Below, piece by piece: positions 27,645 through 37,288 of a stretch of 64,000 nt of DNA (position 1 is the first letter of the stretch; every line of letters begins with the position of its first letter). The stretch is from Candidatus Latescibacterota bacterium (GTDB taxonomy: Bacteria > Latescibacterota > UBA2968 > GCA-2709665). Both the position numbers and the translations under genes were made by a program. Under the pieces are notes generated by a model. The model was not told the origin of the DNA. It did no database searches and saw only the letters and a program-made list of their open reading frames with translations. Where the stretch lies: NCBI GenBank assembly GCA_965203805.1, contig OZ241917.1, positions 2,816,001 through 2,880,000 on the forward strand, given 5' to 3'.

Positions 27645-28685
27645 TCATTCTGGCGAACGCCGGAACGCGCTACCCTGAATCTCCAGAATTTCCCGCCAGC
27701 ATTCCTCCGAAACCGGGATACCCAGCTTCATATTCTCCTCCCGTGTCCTGAACATGCGCTCGCCTGGATAGGTCGCCGGTTCGTTGCCTTCGAGGGGCTC
27801 GGCGGCGTGAAAGTCGGCGAGCGTCTGGTCCACGAGTTCCCGCATCCGGTCTCCCGCGAACGCATCGGCATGGATGGCAATGAACACCTGGGACACACCG
27901 TATTCGGATTCCTCCTGGGCGATCTGGAAAGTCGAACGGCCGCCTGAAAGCAGTGATGCGACCAGGTCCAGCGACATCGCGAGTCCGATGCCCTTCCAGT
28001 GGCCGATGGGGAGCGGACGCCGTGCGGCCTGGATGGCGCCGGCGTCGAACGAGAGTTCTCCTTTGTCGTCGTAGCCGCCTGGGACCGGAAGGCGCCGGTT
28101 TGCGATGCGGTAACCGCCAAGCTTCCCGTGAGAGTATTGGCTCATCGCCATGTCGAGAAGAAAATGCCGGCCTTCCGGGCGGGGTATGGAAAAAACCAGG
28201 GGATTGTTTCCCACCTTGCGGTCAGCGGAACCGAACGGCGGGATCAGCTGGGTGGTATTCGTCCAGCAGATGCCGATGCACCCCGCGTCCGCCGCCCGCA
28301 ATCCATACGTACCCGCCCGCATCCAGTGGTTGGTGTTTCTGAGGGCCACACAGCCCATTCCCTGGTCTTTCGCGACTTCAACAGCGCGGTCCATGCTCGC
28401 GCAGGCGTTGAGGATACCGGGTCCCAGTTTTCCGTCCCACTGCTCCAGCACCCCGAACGCGGCCGCTTTTTCGGGCTCGGCGTGCAGATCCATGCCTTCG
28501 CCTGAACGGGCGTGCCTGACAAACGGCAGGAACCGGTTGACCCCGTGGGAATAGACGCCGTCGCGCGTGGTTTCGGTAAAAATCCCCGCCAGGCGATCGG
28601 CGCGTTCGTTCGTGAAGCCTGTTTTGAGCAGGGCGCGGTTCAGTTCCGCCGCCATGGTGTCGAAGTGGATGCGGCGCATTTCCAT
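27645..28685 (-). CDS. dlgD: 3-dehydro-L-gulonate 2-dehydrogenase (Ldh_2 family, YiaK)
   Basis: DGVYSHGVNRF, EQWDG, LRNTNHWMR, CWTNT, GNNPL, LDMAMSQYS, PIGHWKG. Confidence 0.88.
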   Translation of the reverse strand: MEMRRIHFDTMAAELNRALLKTGFTNERADRLAGIFTETTRDGVYSHGVNRFLPFVRHARSGEGMDLHAEPEKAAAFGVLEQWDGKLGPGILNACASMDRAVEVAKDQGMGCVALRNTNHWMRAGTYGLRAADAGCIGICWTNTTQLIPPFGSADRKVGNNPLVFSIPRPEGRHFLLDMAMSQYSHGKLGGYRIANRRLPVPGGYDDKGELSFDAGAIQAARRPLPIGHWKGIGLAMSLDLVASLLSGGRSTFQIAQEESEYGVSQVFIAIHADAFAGDRMRELVDQTLADFHAAEPLEGNEPATYPGERMFRTREENMKLGIPVSEECWREILEIQGSAFRRSPE

Positions 28686-28692
28686 CGTTTCT

Positions 28693-29100
28693 CTAATCCC
28701 TCTCGGTGTACCCCAGGACAACCAGCAGACATGGACCTCCCGAGATCACGCCGATGCCCGCTCGTTCAGCCTTGGCGACGGCAGCCTCGCTCTCGGCGCC
28801 GGGTTGCAGCCAGATGTATTCAACGCCGGCGTCTGCGGCGTCCGAAACGATCTCCTCCGTAACTTCCGGCGGTGTGATCACGGATATACGCGCCACGGGT
28901 TCTGGAAGCGCGGCGAGATCGGGATACGCTCTCCGGCCTTCGATTTCCGCGGAGCCCGGATTGACCGGATACGCCTTCAGGTTGTGCTGGAGATAGCATC
29001 TCAGGACCTTGTTGCCGTACTTGGCGCGGTCCTTCGACGCGCCGACGACGGCATAGGGTCCGGCCTCCAGGAATGCATCGATCTTTTCGTCGAGTGTCAC
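28693..29100 (-). CDS. CoA-binding protein (YccU-like)
   Basis: AVVGAS..KYG..PVNP..WLQPGAES..CLLV. Confidence 0.88.
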   Translation of the reverse strand: MTLDEKIDAFLEAGPYAVVGASKDRAKYGNKVLRCYLQHNLKAYPVNPGSAEIEGRRAYPDLAALPEPVARISVITPPEVTEEIVSDAADAGVEYIWLQPGAESEAAVAKAERAGIGVISGGPCLLVVLGYTERD

Positions 29101-29135
29101 GCTTGTTCCTCCGGGTGGCGCGGACTTATGGAAGA

Positions 29136-29588
29136 TTACAGATCTTCATATCTTGGCAGACTGGGCAGGAACCGGTAGCTGCGTTCCTTGCGGTCAAGTG
29201 TGTAACAGTAGTGCGTGATTCCATTGGTCACAATCAGGTAGTCGGTTCCCACGGAGGTGTTGTAGCGGGCGATCTGATCGAACGCTTCCTGTTTGATCTT
29301 CACGTCGGGCGCCTTGCATTCGGCCATGAGAACGGGTTCTCCACTCCTGTTATAGACGATAACGTCGGCGCGATGCTGGACGCCCTTATGCGAAAAGCCC
29401 GACTCGACGGCGGTACGGCCCGCCGGAAATCCCCTGTCTTGAACGAGGTGCTGTACCAGGTTCTGGCGGACCCATTCTTCGGGCGTGAGGCGCACATGTT
29501 TTCGTCGAAGCGGATCGAAAATCGTACTTCTCTCGCCGCTGGCGCGAATGTCAAATTCGTACTGACGTGGAAAGTTGAGAGGTTGCAT
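29136..29588 (-). CDS. Stand-alone HsdR N-terminal-domain protein
   Basis: IFDPLRRKHVRLTPEEWVRQ, RADVIV, ECKAP, QIARYN, TNG; start moved to MQPLNFP. Confidence 0.85.
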   Translation of the reverse strand: MQPLNFPRQYEFDIRASGERSTIFDPLRRKHVRLTPEEWVRQNLVQHLVQDRGFPAGRTAVESGFSHKGVQHRADVIVYNRSGEPVLMAECKAPDVKIKQEAFDQIARYNTSVGTDYLIVTNGITHYCYTLDRKERSYRFLPSLPRYEDL

Positions 29589-29664
29589 AGGTATCGGTTG
29601 CGAGGCGTACAGCCCCGGCGGTGGAAGCCTTTCGCACTGCCGCCCGGAACGCCGCTGTCCGCCG

Positions 29665-30825
29665 TCAGCGGGCATGCCAGAGTTCGGGGCGTTCGACGTG
29701 GCGGCGGATGGTGTCCAGGAACCGGGCGGCCGGACCTCCGTCCACGACGCGGTGGTCGAAGGTGAGGCTGAGGGCGACCATGTCGCGAGGCACGATGCGT
29801 CCCTGGTATACGGCCGGTTTCGCGACAATGCGGCCCACCCCCAGAATGGCGCATTGCGGCAGATTGATGATCGGCGTAAACGCGTCGATTCCGTACGCGC
29901 CCAAGTTCGTAACCGTAAACGTACCGCCCTGCAGTTGTTCCGGGCCCAGGTCCCCCTGCCTTGCCTTCTGAACAAGGTCCGAGGTTTCGCGGGCGAGATC
30001 GGGCAGGTCTCTGGCGCGGGCGTGCGTGATGACGGGAACGAGAAGGCCGGCGTGGGTATCCACGGCAATGCCGATGTGTATCTCCTCGTGCCTGCGGACG
30101 GACCCGTCCTGCCAGGAGGCGTTCAGGTCGGGATGGTCGGCGAGCGCGAGGGCGGTCACTCTTACGAAGAGATCGTTGTACGTCAGCAAGGGGATGTCGA
30201 GTTCCGCGCGCAAAGCAACAAAGTCCGTCGCATCGGCTTCGGTGGCAAGCGTCACGGGCGCCGTTCCAGTGTGACTCTCGGTCAGCCGCCGCGCGATGGT
30301 CCGTCGCACGGTTCCTTCGGTTCCTTTTCCGGACTGCACCGGGACCGCGGCCCGGACGTCGCGCTCAACGATACGGCCGTTTCGACCGCTTCCCTGGATC
30401 GTACTCCAGTCGACATCCAGTTCCTCTGCCAGGCGGAGCGCCCTCGGGCTGATCGCGGACCGTCTGTTTCTGCCTCGCGGTCGATCTTTGCGAGTCCGCG
30501 AGCCGGCGGGATCTCGCGGCCCGGCTTCTATTTCCTGTCCGACCGCCGGCGTCGCGTGCGCCTCCTCGGGCGGCGCTTCGCCTGGACCGAGCAGGTAGCC
30601 CAGTATGGCGCCGATCGGCAACGTGTCTCCGGGTTGCGGCGCGTCGGGCGGAATATACAGGGTTCCGCTGTCGAAGGACTCGATTTCGTTTATCGCTTTG
30701 TCGCTCTCAACGGTGAAGATGATGTCTCCCGACTCGATCCGATCCCCGTTCTGCTTGAGCCACTCGACCAGGGTGCCTTCCTCCATGGTCCATCCCAGGC
30801 GCGGCATGACGATTTCTATGGGCAT
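29665..30825 (-). CDS. 2-oxoacid/acetoin dehydrogenase E2 (dihydrolipoamide acyltransferase)
   Basis: Lipoyl ESDKA, E3-binding ISPRA..GSGRNGRI, catalytic DHRVVDG. Confidence 0.92.
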   Translation of the reverse strand: MPIEIVMPRLGWTMEEGTLVEWLKQNGDRIESGDIIFTVESDKAINEIESFDSGTLYIPPDAPQPGDTLPIGAILGYLLGPGEAPPEEAHATPAVGQEIEAGPRDPAGSRTRKDRPRGRNRRSAISPRALRLAEELDVDWSTIQGSGRNGRIVERDVRAAVPVQSGKGTEGTVRRTIARRLTESHTGTAPVTLATEADATDFVALRAELDIPLLTYNDLFVRVTALALADHPDLNASWQDGSVRRHEEIHIGIAVDTHAGLLVPVITHARARDLPDLARETSDLVQKARQGDLGPEQLQGGTFTVTNLGAYGIDAFTPIINLPQCAILGVGRIVAKPAVYQGRIVPRDMVALSLTFDHRVVDGGPAARFLDTIRRHVERPELWHAR

Positions 30826-30853
30826 GGAGATTTTCCTTCAGAAGCGTCCGCGA

Positions 30854-31849
30854 CTATTCTTCCATCAGGTCGCGGATGGCCTGCGAAACCGTCTCCGGTT
30901 GGGGCAGGCAGGCAGCCTCCAGAGGGGCGCTGTACGGGGTGGGGACATGGGCGCCGTTGAGGCGGCTTACCGGTGCGTCCAGGTCGTCGAACGCCATGCT
31001 CTGAACCTGTGCGGCGATTTCGGCGCCGATGCCGCATGGGCCGAAGGCTTCGTCCACGATGAGCAGACGCCCCGTCTTGTGTACGGATTCCTGAATGGTA
31101 TCCATATCCAGCGGCGCCACGGTGCGCGGGTCGATCAATTCAACCGAGATGCCCTCGGCGGCGAGCCGGTCGCAGAGTCTCCAGGTTATCGGAACCATAT
31201 TGGCGAGTGCGACAACGGTGATGTCATCGCCCTCGCGGCGGACCTCGGCGCGTCCGAAGGGGATGGCGTACGGCGTTTCGGGCACCGGGCCTCGATGGTT
31301 GAGGATGGATTTGTGTTCGAGGAAGAGTACGGGATCATCGCCTTCCAGGGCAGTCTTGAAAAGGCCCTTGGCGTCGTACGGCGTGGCAGGCAGGGCCACG
31401 CGGAAACCCGGCAGGTGTGCGAAAACGGGATAGTAGTTTCCCGAGTGGTGGGTGGCGGCGGCGCCTCCGATACCCACGCAACCCCGCAGGACAACGGGCA
31501 TGGACAGGCGGCCGCTGCTCATGTACTGCATCTTGGCAACCTGGTTGACCATCTCGCCGAAGCCGTCCAGGATGAAGTCAATGAACATGAAGTCCACCAC
31601 GGGCCGCGCGCCGGCCATGGCTGCGCCCGTGCAGAGTCCGATAAAGCCCCGCTCGCAAATCGGGGTATCGCACACCCGCATGGGACCGTAGCGTTCGTAA
31701 AGTCCGGTGGTGGTGTTGAAGTTGCCGCCGCGTTCGCCCACGCCTTCGCCCACAACGAAGATGGTCGGGTCCGCCGCCATGGCATCGGACAGGGCTTCGC
31801 GCGCGGCTTCCGTGAACGTGATCTCACGCATGGTCCGCTCCCGTTCCAC
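30854..31849 (-). CDS. 2-oxoacid/acetoin dehydrogenase E1 beta
   Basis: DTPICE, RPVVDFMF, DPVLFLEHK, IDPRTVAPLD. Confidence 0.92.
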   Translation of the reverse strand: MERERTMREITFTEAAREALSDAMAADPTIFVVGEGVGERGGNFNTTTGLYERYGPMRVCDTPICERGFIGLCTGAAMAGARPVVDFMFIDFILDGFGEMVNQVAKMQYMSSGRLSMPVVLRGCVGIGGAAATHHSGNYYPVFAHLPGFRVALPATPYDAKGLFKTALEGDDPVLFLEHKSILNHRGPVPETPYAIPFGRAEVRREGDDITVVALANMVPITWRLCDRLAAEGISVELIDPRTVAPLDMDTIQESVHKTGRLLIVDEAFGPCGIGAEIAAQVQSMAFDDLDAPVSRLNGAHVPTPYSAPLEAACLPQPETVSQAIRDLMEE

Positions 31850-32813
31850 CGAAGACGTGGTCCGTTACCGTGGCGGGGTCCGGCCACGGGCTCTTCCCGG
31901 CGAACTCGACGCCCTCTTCAACCGCGGACCGGACCTCGCTTTCGATCCCTTCGAGCGCCTCCCGGTCGGCGATACCTCCCTCAATCAGTTTTCCTGCCAG
32001 CAACGCGATCGGGTCTCTCTCTCTCCACGCGTCCACTTCGTCCCGCGTGCGGTAGCCGGTATCCCGCATGCCTTCAGCGTGGGGGCGGGTGCGATAGGTC
32101 TTGCAGTCCAGCAGCGTAGGGCCGCCGCCTTCCCGTGCGCGAAGGACGGCGTCGCCGGCTTTTTCATAGACGTCGAGGACGTCGTTTCCGTCAACCTGAA
32201 CGCCGGTGACGCCGTAGCCTTCCGCGCGCTCGGCGATATTCGTATTTCGGGTGGCGTACTCGAAGGCGACTTCGGTGGCGTACCGGTTGTCTTCGAGGAC
32301 GAAGAGCACGGGTAGCTGCCAGATGGCGGCCATGTTCAGGCCTTCGTGAAAGGCGCCGTTGTTGACGCCTCCGTCCCCGAAAAAAGCCACGCTGACGCGA
32401 TCGGTTTCGAGCATCCTGAACGTATACGCTGCGCCGGCGGCCTGGAGGATGCTGGGGCCCACGATGCCGCTTGTGCCCATCAGCCCGATTTCCGGCGAGA
32501 ACAGGTGCATGCTGCCGCCTCGCCCGCGGGCGCACCCCGTGGACTTGCCGTAGAGTTCGGCGATGAGTTCGCGTATGGGAACGCCCTTGGCGAGCGCGTG
32601 GCCGTGGCCCCGATGGGTGCTGAAGATGGTGTCATCGGTGCGCAGGTGGGCGCATACGCCCGCCGCGATGGCCTCCTCGCCCACGTACGTGTGGCAGGCT
32701 CCCGGAATGAGTCCGGCCTGGTACGACCTGGCAATCTGCTCCTCGGTACGTCGGATCGTGAGCATCTGCCGGTGAAGAGAAAGGAGTCGCTCGGTACTGA
32801 GGTCGCCTGGCAT
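31824..32813 (-). CDS. 2-oxoacid/acetoin dehydrogenase E1 alpha (ThDP)
   Basis: STHRGHGH, GRGGSMH, FGDGG..N ThDP motif, TYR..H. Confidence 0.92.
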   Translation of the reverse strand: MPGDLSTERLLSLHRQMLTIRRTEEQIARSYQAGLIPGACHTYVGEEAIAAGVCAHLRTDDTIFSTHRGHGHALAKGVPIRELIAELYGKSTGCARGRGGSMHLFSPEIGLMGTSGIVGPSILQAAGAAYTFRMLETDRVSVAFFGDGGVNNGAFHEGLNMAAIWQLPVLFVLEDNRYATEVAFEYATRNTNIAERAEGYGVTGVQVDGNDVLDVYEKAGDAVLRAREGGGPTLLDCKTYRTRPHAEGMRDTGYRTRDEVDAWRERDPIALLAGKLIEGGIADREALEGIESEVRSAVEEGVEFAGKSPWPDPATVTDHVFGGTGADHA

Positions 32814-32858
32814 GAAGGTCCCCTGCCTTGTAGATGGGGTGACGGGGATGGAACTCCG

Positions 32859-33671
32859 CTATCCGCTGACGATCGGGCCGCCGGGATAGGTGCCTCCCGC
32901 GTTCATCGCGAGGTTTCCGCCGTCCATGGGCAACATCACGCCGGTGACCCAGGCCGACGCGTCGGATGCCAGGAAGATAGCCACGCCCACGATATCCTCC
33001 GGCTCGCCGAACCGGCCGGACGGAATGCCGCCCAGCCACGTGTCGGCCATGCGTGGTTCGGCCCGCAGGCGTTTTTCCAGGAACGGGTTCATGACCTGGG
33101 CGGGCAGAATGGCGTTCACGCGCACGCCGCGGCTGCTCCATTCCGTGCTGAGTTCCCGGGTCATCTGCGCGACGGCGCCCATGCCGATGCTGTAAGCGAC
33201 GTGGCCCCGCCCGATCGCGGTCAGGCTCGCCAATGAGCCGATGTTGATAATGCTGCCCTTGCCCGCGGCGAGCATGCGTCTGCCCCCCTCCTGGCAGCTG
33301 CAGAATCGCGCGATGACGAGAGACTGCATGCTCTCTTGAAGCTGATCCAGGGTGAGATCCTCCGGTTTGCCCAGCATGGTGGCGCCGGCGACGTTGCCCA
33401 GGACGTGGATGCGGCCGAATTCCCTGTCCAGCCGGGAGAACATCCCGCGGACCTGGTCGACGTCGGAAACGTCGCACCGCACGGGAATGGCGCGCCGGCC
33501 CAGCGATTCGATCTCGTGGGCGGTTTCCTGCGCACCGGGTTCGTTGACGTCGGCCAGCATGAGATCCGCGCCGGATTCCGCGAATCCGATCGCCATCGCC
33601 TTGCCCATGCCGGCGGCCGCGCCCGTTACGATGGCGACGCGGTCGGTGAGATCGAAGATTGGATGCGACAC
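32859..33671 (-). CDS. SDR family oxidoreductase
   Basis: TGAAAGMG, IINIGS, VRVNAI; YSIGM in place of YxxxK; GTG start 33671. Confidence 0.85.
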   Translation of the reverse strand: MSHPIFDLTDRVAIVTGAAAGMGKAMAIGFAESGADLMLADVNEPGAQETAHEIESLGRRAIPVRCDVSDVDQVRGMFSRLDREFGRIHVLGNVAGATMLGKPEDLTLDQLQESMQSLVIARFCSCQEGGRRMLAAGKGSIINIGSLASLTAIGRGHVAYSIGMGAVAQMTRELSTEWSSRGVRVNAILPAQVMNPFLEKRLRAEPRMADTWLGGIPSGRFGEPEDIVGVAIFLASDASAWVTGVMLPMDGGNLAMNAGGTYPGGPIVSG

Positions 33672-33729
33672 GGTGGATCTCCGGTTTTTCGCGGCAACAC
33701 GCCTCCGCTTCCGTCCGCCCGGGGCGTTG

Positions 33730-34095
33730 CTACGCGCCCAGGTACGCGACGGCGTCGATTTCGACGAGAATGCCCTTATACATGTCACCGGCGCCGACCA
33801 GACGCCTGGTGGGCATCCGGCTCTTGTTGTTGAAATACCGCATATACGTGCGATTGAATTCGTCGCGGTCCGCCATGTCCAGGAGGAACACGTTGACGCG
33901 GACGACGTCGTCGAAAGAGGAGCCTTCGCTTTCCAGCACGCGCACCATGTTGTCCATGGTAAAGACGGTCTGTTCCTCGATGTTTCCGCCAACGACGTCG
34001 CCGCCCTCGACCGGGCCGAAGCCGGACAGAAAGAGCATATCGCCGGCGCGCCGGGACATGGAATAGAAAGGTTCGGGACTTGCTTTTTCGGCCAT
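33730..34095 (-). CDS. RidA/YjgF family protein
   Basis: YS..GDMLFLSG, FN..Y..YF, PTR, VEIDAVA. Confidence 0.88.
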   Translation of the reverse strand: MAEKASPEPFYSMSRRAGDMLFLSGFGPVEGGDVVGGNIEEQTVFTMDNMVRVLESEGSSFDDVVRVNVFLLDMADRDEFNRTYMRYFNNKSRMPTRRLVGAGDMYKGILVEIDAVAYLGA

Positions 34096-34193
34096 TGGTT
34101 TATCTCCTGGGTGATTCGTCTGTTGCCGCAGAGACGTCCGGAGCGGTACTGGAAATTCGTCTGCGCCGGCGTTGCGTTCCGATTGCGGCCCTT

Positions 34194-35291
34194 TCAACCC
34201 CCGATGGCGAGCATCTCATCCCTTCGATGATCGAACAGCGAGGGATCGTGTTCCTCCAGTTGGATTCGAGGGCGTACGCCGGTGTTGACGACGTTGTCGG
34301 GATGGGGCCAGCGGCCGCGGAGTACCGAGACGAGATTCTCCACGCCGGTGATCGCCACGTCCTGGCTGGCCTGTACCGAGAGGCCGGAGATGTGCGGGGT
34401 CAGGATCACATTCTCGAGCCTGGCGAGCGCGTGGTCGGGCGGCGCCTCCTGTTCTCCGAAGATCTCGATGTCGTCGAAGGTGTCCAGAGCGGCGCCGGCC
34501 AGATGGCCGCTTCGAAGGAGGCCGGCAAGGGCGCTCTCGTCCGTGATCGCGCCGCGGCAGGTGTTGATGAAAAAGGAGCCGGGTTTCATTTCCCTGAGGG
34601 TGGGCGCGTCCAGCAGGCGGTAGGTCTCCCGGGTGAGGGGCAGATGCAGAGAAACAAAGTCCGACTCCCCCAGCAGCGTGTCCAGGTCCACCATTCGGAC
34701 GCCCAGGGCATCGGCCTCGTCCCGCGGCGCGCGCATGTTTTTCCTGGTGGCCAGCAGTTTCAGGCCAAATGGCTTCGCCCGTTGCACGACCGCTTTGGCC
34801 GAGGCCCCGAAACCGATCAGACCGAGCGTGAGGCCGGAGATGCGATGAAGGCTGAGACCCTCTTCCCGCGCTGTCTGGAACCTGCCGGCGTAAAAGTGCC
34901 GTGACATTGTGGGAATTCGCCGGGCGAGGCCGAGCAGGCAGGCCATGACGTGGTCGGCCATCTCTTCGTTGCAGAACGTGGGGACGTTGGAGACGACGAT
35001 GCCGTCACGCGTGGCGGCCTCCACGTCGATCTTGTCCGTGCCGTTGCCCAGACGGGAAATGATCGCGCATTTGGCGAGGCTCTTAATGACCGGTTCGGGA
35101 AGGGACGCCGACACGACGGCCAGGGCGTCGCAATTCGCAACGCCCGCAATGATGTCGTCCGGTTCGTACGCGTCCACAAGGACAGGCGTGATACCATAGT
35201 GCCTGTACAGCGCCGTCTCGGTCGGATTTATCGGTATGACCTCGGCGTTGAGGCGGACGAATCGGATATCTTCGAAACCGGTACTGGGCAT
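34194..35291 (-). CDS. D-2-hydroxyacid dehydrogenase (SerA/CtBP-like)
   Basis: GLIGFG, SLHLPLT, INTCRG, LTPHISG. Confidence 0.9.
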   Translation of the reverse strand: MPSTGFEDIRFVRLNAEVIPINPTETALYRHYGITPVLVDAYEPDDIIAGVANCDALAVVSASLPEPVIKSLAKCAIISRLGNGTDKIDVEAATRDGIVVSNVPTFCNEEMADHVMACLLGLARRIPTMSRHFYAGRFQTAREEGLSLHRISGLTLGLIGFGASAKAVVQRAKPFGLKLLATRKNMRAPRDEADALGVRMVDLDTLLGESDFVSLHLPLTRETYRLLDAPTLREMKPGSFFINTCRGAITDESALAGLLRSGHLAGAALDTFDDIEIFGEQEAPPDHALARLENVILTPHISGLSVQASQDVAITGVENLVSVLRGRWPHPDNVVNTGVRPRIQLEEHDPSLFDHRRDEMLAIGG

Positions 35292-35395
35292 CGGAAAAAT
35301 CGTCGCAAATGGACCGCGTCCGAGCAACGGCGTATGCGGCCTGATTCAATCTCTAGAACGGATCAACTTGCGGAATGTTCGTCCCGTTCTCCCTG

Positions 35396-35809
35396 TTACC
35401 CTTGCGGCGTCGGCGCCTCCGGCGAAAGAAGAAGCAATCCCGGCACGGATGCAAAGTGGCGGTCCATCGAGGCCAGCCGCAGGCCGTGCTCCATGGTCTG
35501 AGCCGCAATCCAGATATCGTTTGTCGGGATCGGGGTCCCGGCACGCCTCAACCCGTCCAGAATCTCGGCATAGAACTCGGCCGTATCAACGCTGACGGAG
35601 CATGTCTGCACGCGCGGCGAATCGAGGAATTCGGCCAGTTCATCGCGGTTCTTCTGCTCCCGGACCCCTCCTTTGAAGCCCGATAGCAACTCTCCGATAC
35701 TGATCGAACTCATCACGATTCGCGAAGCTCGCTGCAGCAGAGACACAACCGCCGGTTCCGCGCGCAGGGCGTGCGAGTAGATATTGGTGTCGATCAGGAA
35801 TTCGTTCAC
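35396..35809 (-). CDS. vapC: VapC PIN-domain toxin
   Basis: LIDTN, GELLSG, PTNDIWIAA, DRHF. Confidence 0.9.
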   Translation of the reverse strand: MNEFLIDTNIYSHALRAEPAVVSLLQRASRIVMSSISIGELLSGFKGGVREQKNRDELAEFLDSPRVQTCSVSVDTAEFYAEILDGLRRAGTPIPTNDIWIAAQTMEHGLRLASMDRHFASVPGLLLLSPEAPTPQG

Positions 35810-36057
35810 TGCCAGAGTTCCGGATCGATGCGTCGCTCGGAGTCGATCTTTCCTTGGATCCGGGCAAACTCATCCTCGTCCCAACGTCCGAACAGGTGGT
35901 CCAGGTCGCTATGGACCCCGGTGAACCGGCGCGGCTTGTCCAATCCGAACTGCTGTCGCAATGCGTCCAGAGCCGTCTGGTTCATGCTCTTTCCTTCCCG
36001 CCTGGCCACCTCCCGCAATTTGGCGGCGAGCCGGGGGTCCAGCCCGCGCAGGGTCAT
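35806..36057 (-). CDS. Ribbon-helix-helix antitoxin (VapB/FitA-like)
   Basis: MTLRGLD..A..EGKSMNQ; 4-bp overlap with vapC; exact start uncertain. Confidence 0.8.
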   Translation of the reverse strand: MTLRGLDPRLAAKLREVARREGKSMNQTALDALRQQFGLDKPRRFTGVHSDLDHLFGRWDEDEFARIQGKIDSERRIDPELWQ

Positions 36058-36112
36058 ACTCTTCTGAACATCAGCCAGGGCGCACTCCCTTCTTTTGCAT
36101 GCAATCAATCTA

Positions 36113-36159
36113 TGATATCGAAATGATATTATCATACGATATCACGCCCCGCAGGTCAA
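36113..36159 (-). promoter_or_regulatory. Sigma70-type promoter with overlapping palindromic operator for vapBC
   Basis: Minus strand TTGACC-17 bp-TATGAT; inverted repeat TGATATCG..ATGAT-ATT-ATCAT..CGATATCA (36113-36144). Confidence 0.7.
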
Positions 36160-36445
36160 GCGTAATCCGCTTGCCGCCTTCGAAACAACGGGCATCGACG
36201 GGATTCGGCGCAGGTGCTGCCGCTCCATCGTCGAGTTCCTCACAAGCTGCTTTAGAATTTCCAGTGAGGGAGACGACAACATACTGATTGGCCATCCTCA
36301 GGCGAACTTGATGCACGGCTCTGGCCAGACGTTCATCCGTGCGCTCCATACCAAGCGGCATTGAGCGGGCTGACATCGCGGGGCAGGCCGCCGCGTTAAT
36401 GATTTTGTCGACACCGTGTCGAAGTCGAGATCGGCCGGCAGCGGT

Positions 36446-37270
36446 CTACAGTTTCAGGAACAGCCCGACTTCCCAGACAGGGGCATCGAGCAGGTTGTGG
36501 CTTCGCGTGAACCTCGAAATGCCGGCGGTAATTCCCGCGTTGGGAGAAACATGGAAATCGATCTGGGATCCAAAGGACAGGTACTCGAGATCGTTGCGCG
36601 GGTGAAACTCATCGTCTGCTCTGTCAAGGGCTTCGACCCCGCGGAGCCAGACCGAGACGTCTATTCGCTCGGCGATCGTATATCCAGCCTGCAGACTATA
36701 TCGAAACTCGTCCGCGTAATTGTCATCGCGATTGTCACTGCTCTTTCGGTTGTTGTATCCGATCTCACCTATCAGATAGGTAGGTGCGGGATAGAGCGAA
36801 TGGCCTACTTGAAGGGAAACATGTTGATTGAATTCGCCGTCGCCTGTCCAGAGGACGATATCCCCCCCCGATTCGCCCAGCGGTAATCCTGCCATGGCCT
36901 GCAGACTGACCACCGTTGGTCCCTTTGTCAGAATCCGGATCCTGACACCTGCGTCCCCATCGCCAACACCGGTCGTTGAATCGAACCCTTCGGCGTCCAC
37001 GCCGAAGTGCGTATAGACCGGCATGTAGCCCACCAGCGTCACCCGGTCAGTCACGCCGAATTCACCGTAAAGACTTGTCGTATAGCCGCTCACGGTCGGG
37101 ATCTCGGTCTTCGATCCATTCGCGACGAAAAGTGACTCGGCGCTGATTACCTGTTGGCTGAGTTTGAAATACCCCTTACCCTTCGGCTGCGTCCATCCGC
37201 CCGCGTGGGCGATGGAGAAATCGAAACTCATCACGCCCGTGAACAACGCGGCAAGAACAAACCTGTTCAC
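36446..37270 (-). CDS. Probable outer-membrane beta-barrel protein
   Basis: Signal peptide, GGWTQPKGKGY start, amphipathic strands, ends WEVGLFLKL. Confidence 0.65.
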   Translation of the reverse strand: MNRFVLAALFTGVMSFDFSIAHAGGWTQPKGKGYFKLSQQVISAESLFVANGSKTEIPTVSGYTTSLYGEFGVTDRVTLVGYMPVYTHFGVDAEGFDSTTGVGDGDAGVRIRILTKGPTVVSLQAMAGLPLGESGGDIVLWTGDGEFNQHVSLQVGHSLYPAPTYLIGEIGYNNRKSSDNRDDNYADEFRYSLQAGYTIAERIDVSVWLRGVEALDRADDEFHPRNDLEYLSFGSQIDFHVSPNAGITAGISRFTRSHNLLDAPVWEVGLFLKL

Positions 37271-37288
37271 GTAATACTCCTTTGCTTA

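Noticed and set aside
29575-32119. Long plus-strand ORFs (461 and 504 aa)
   Set aside because: Shadows of the E2 and E1 beta genes
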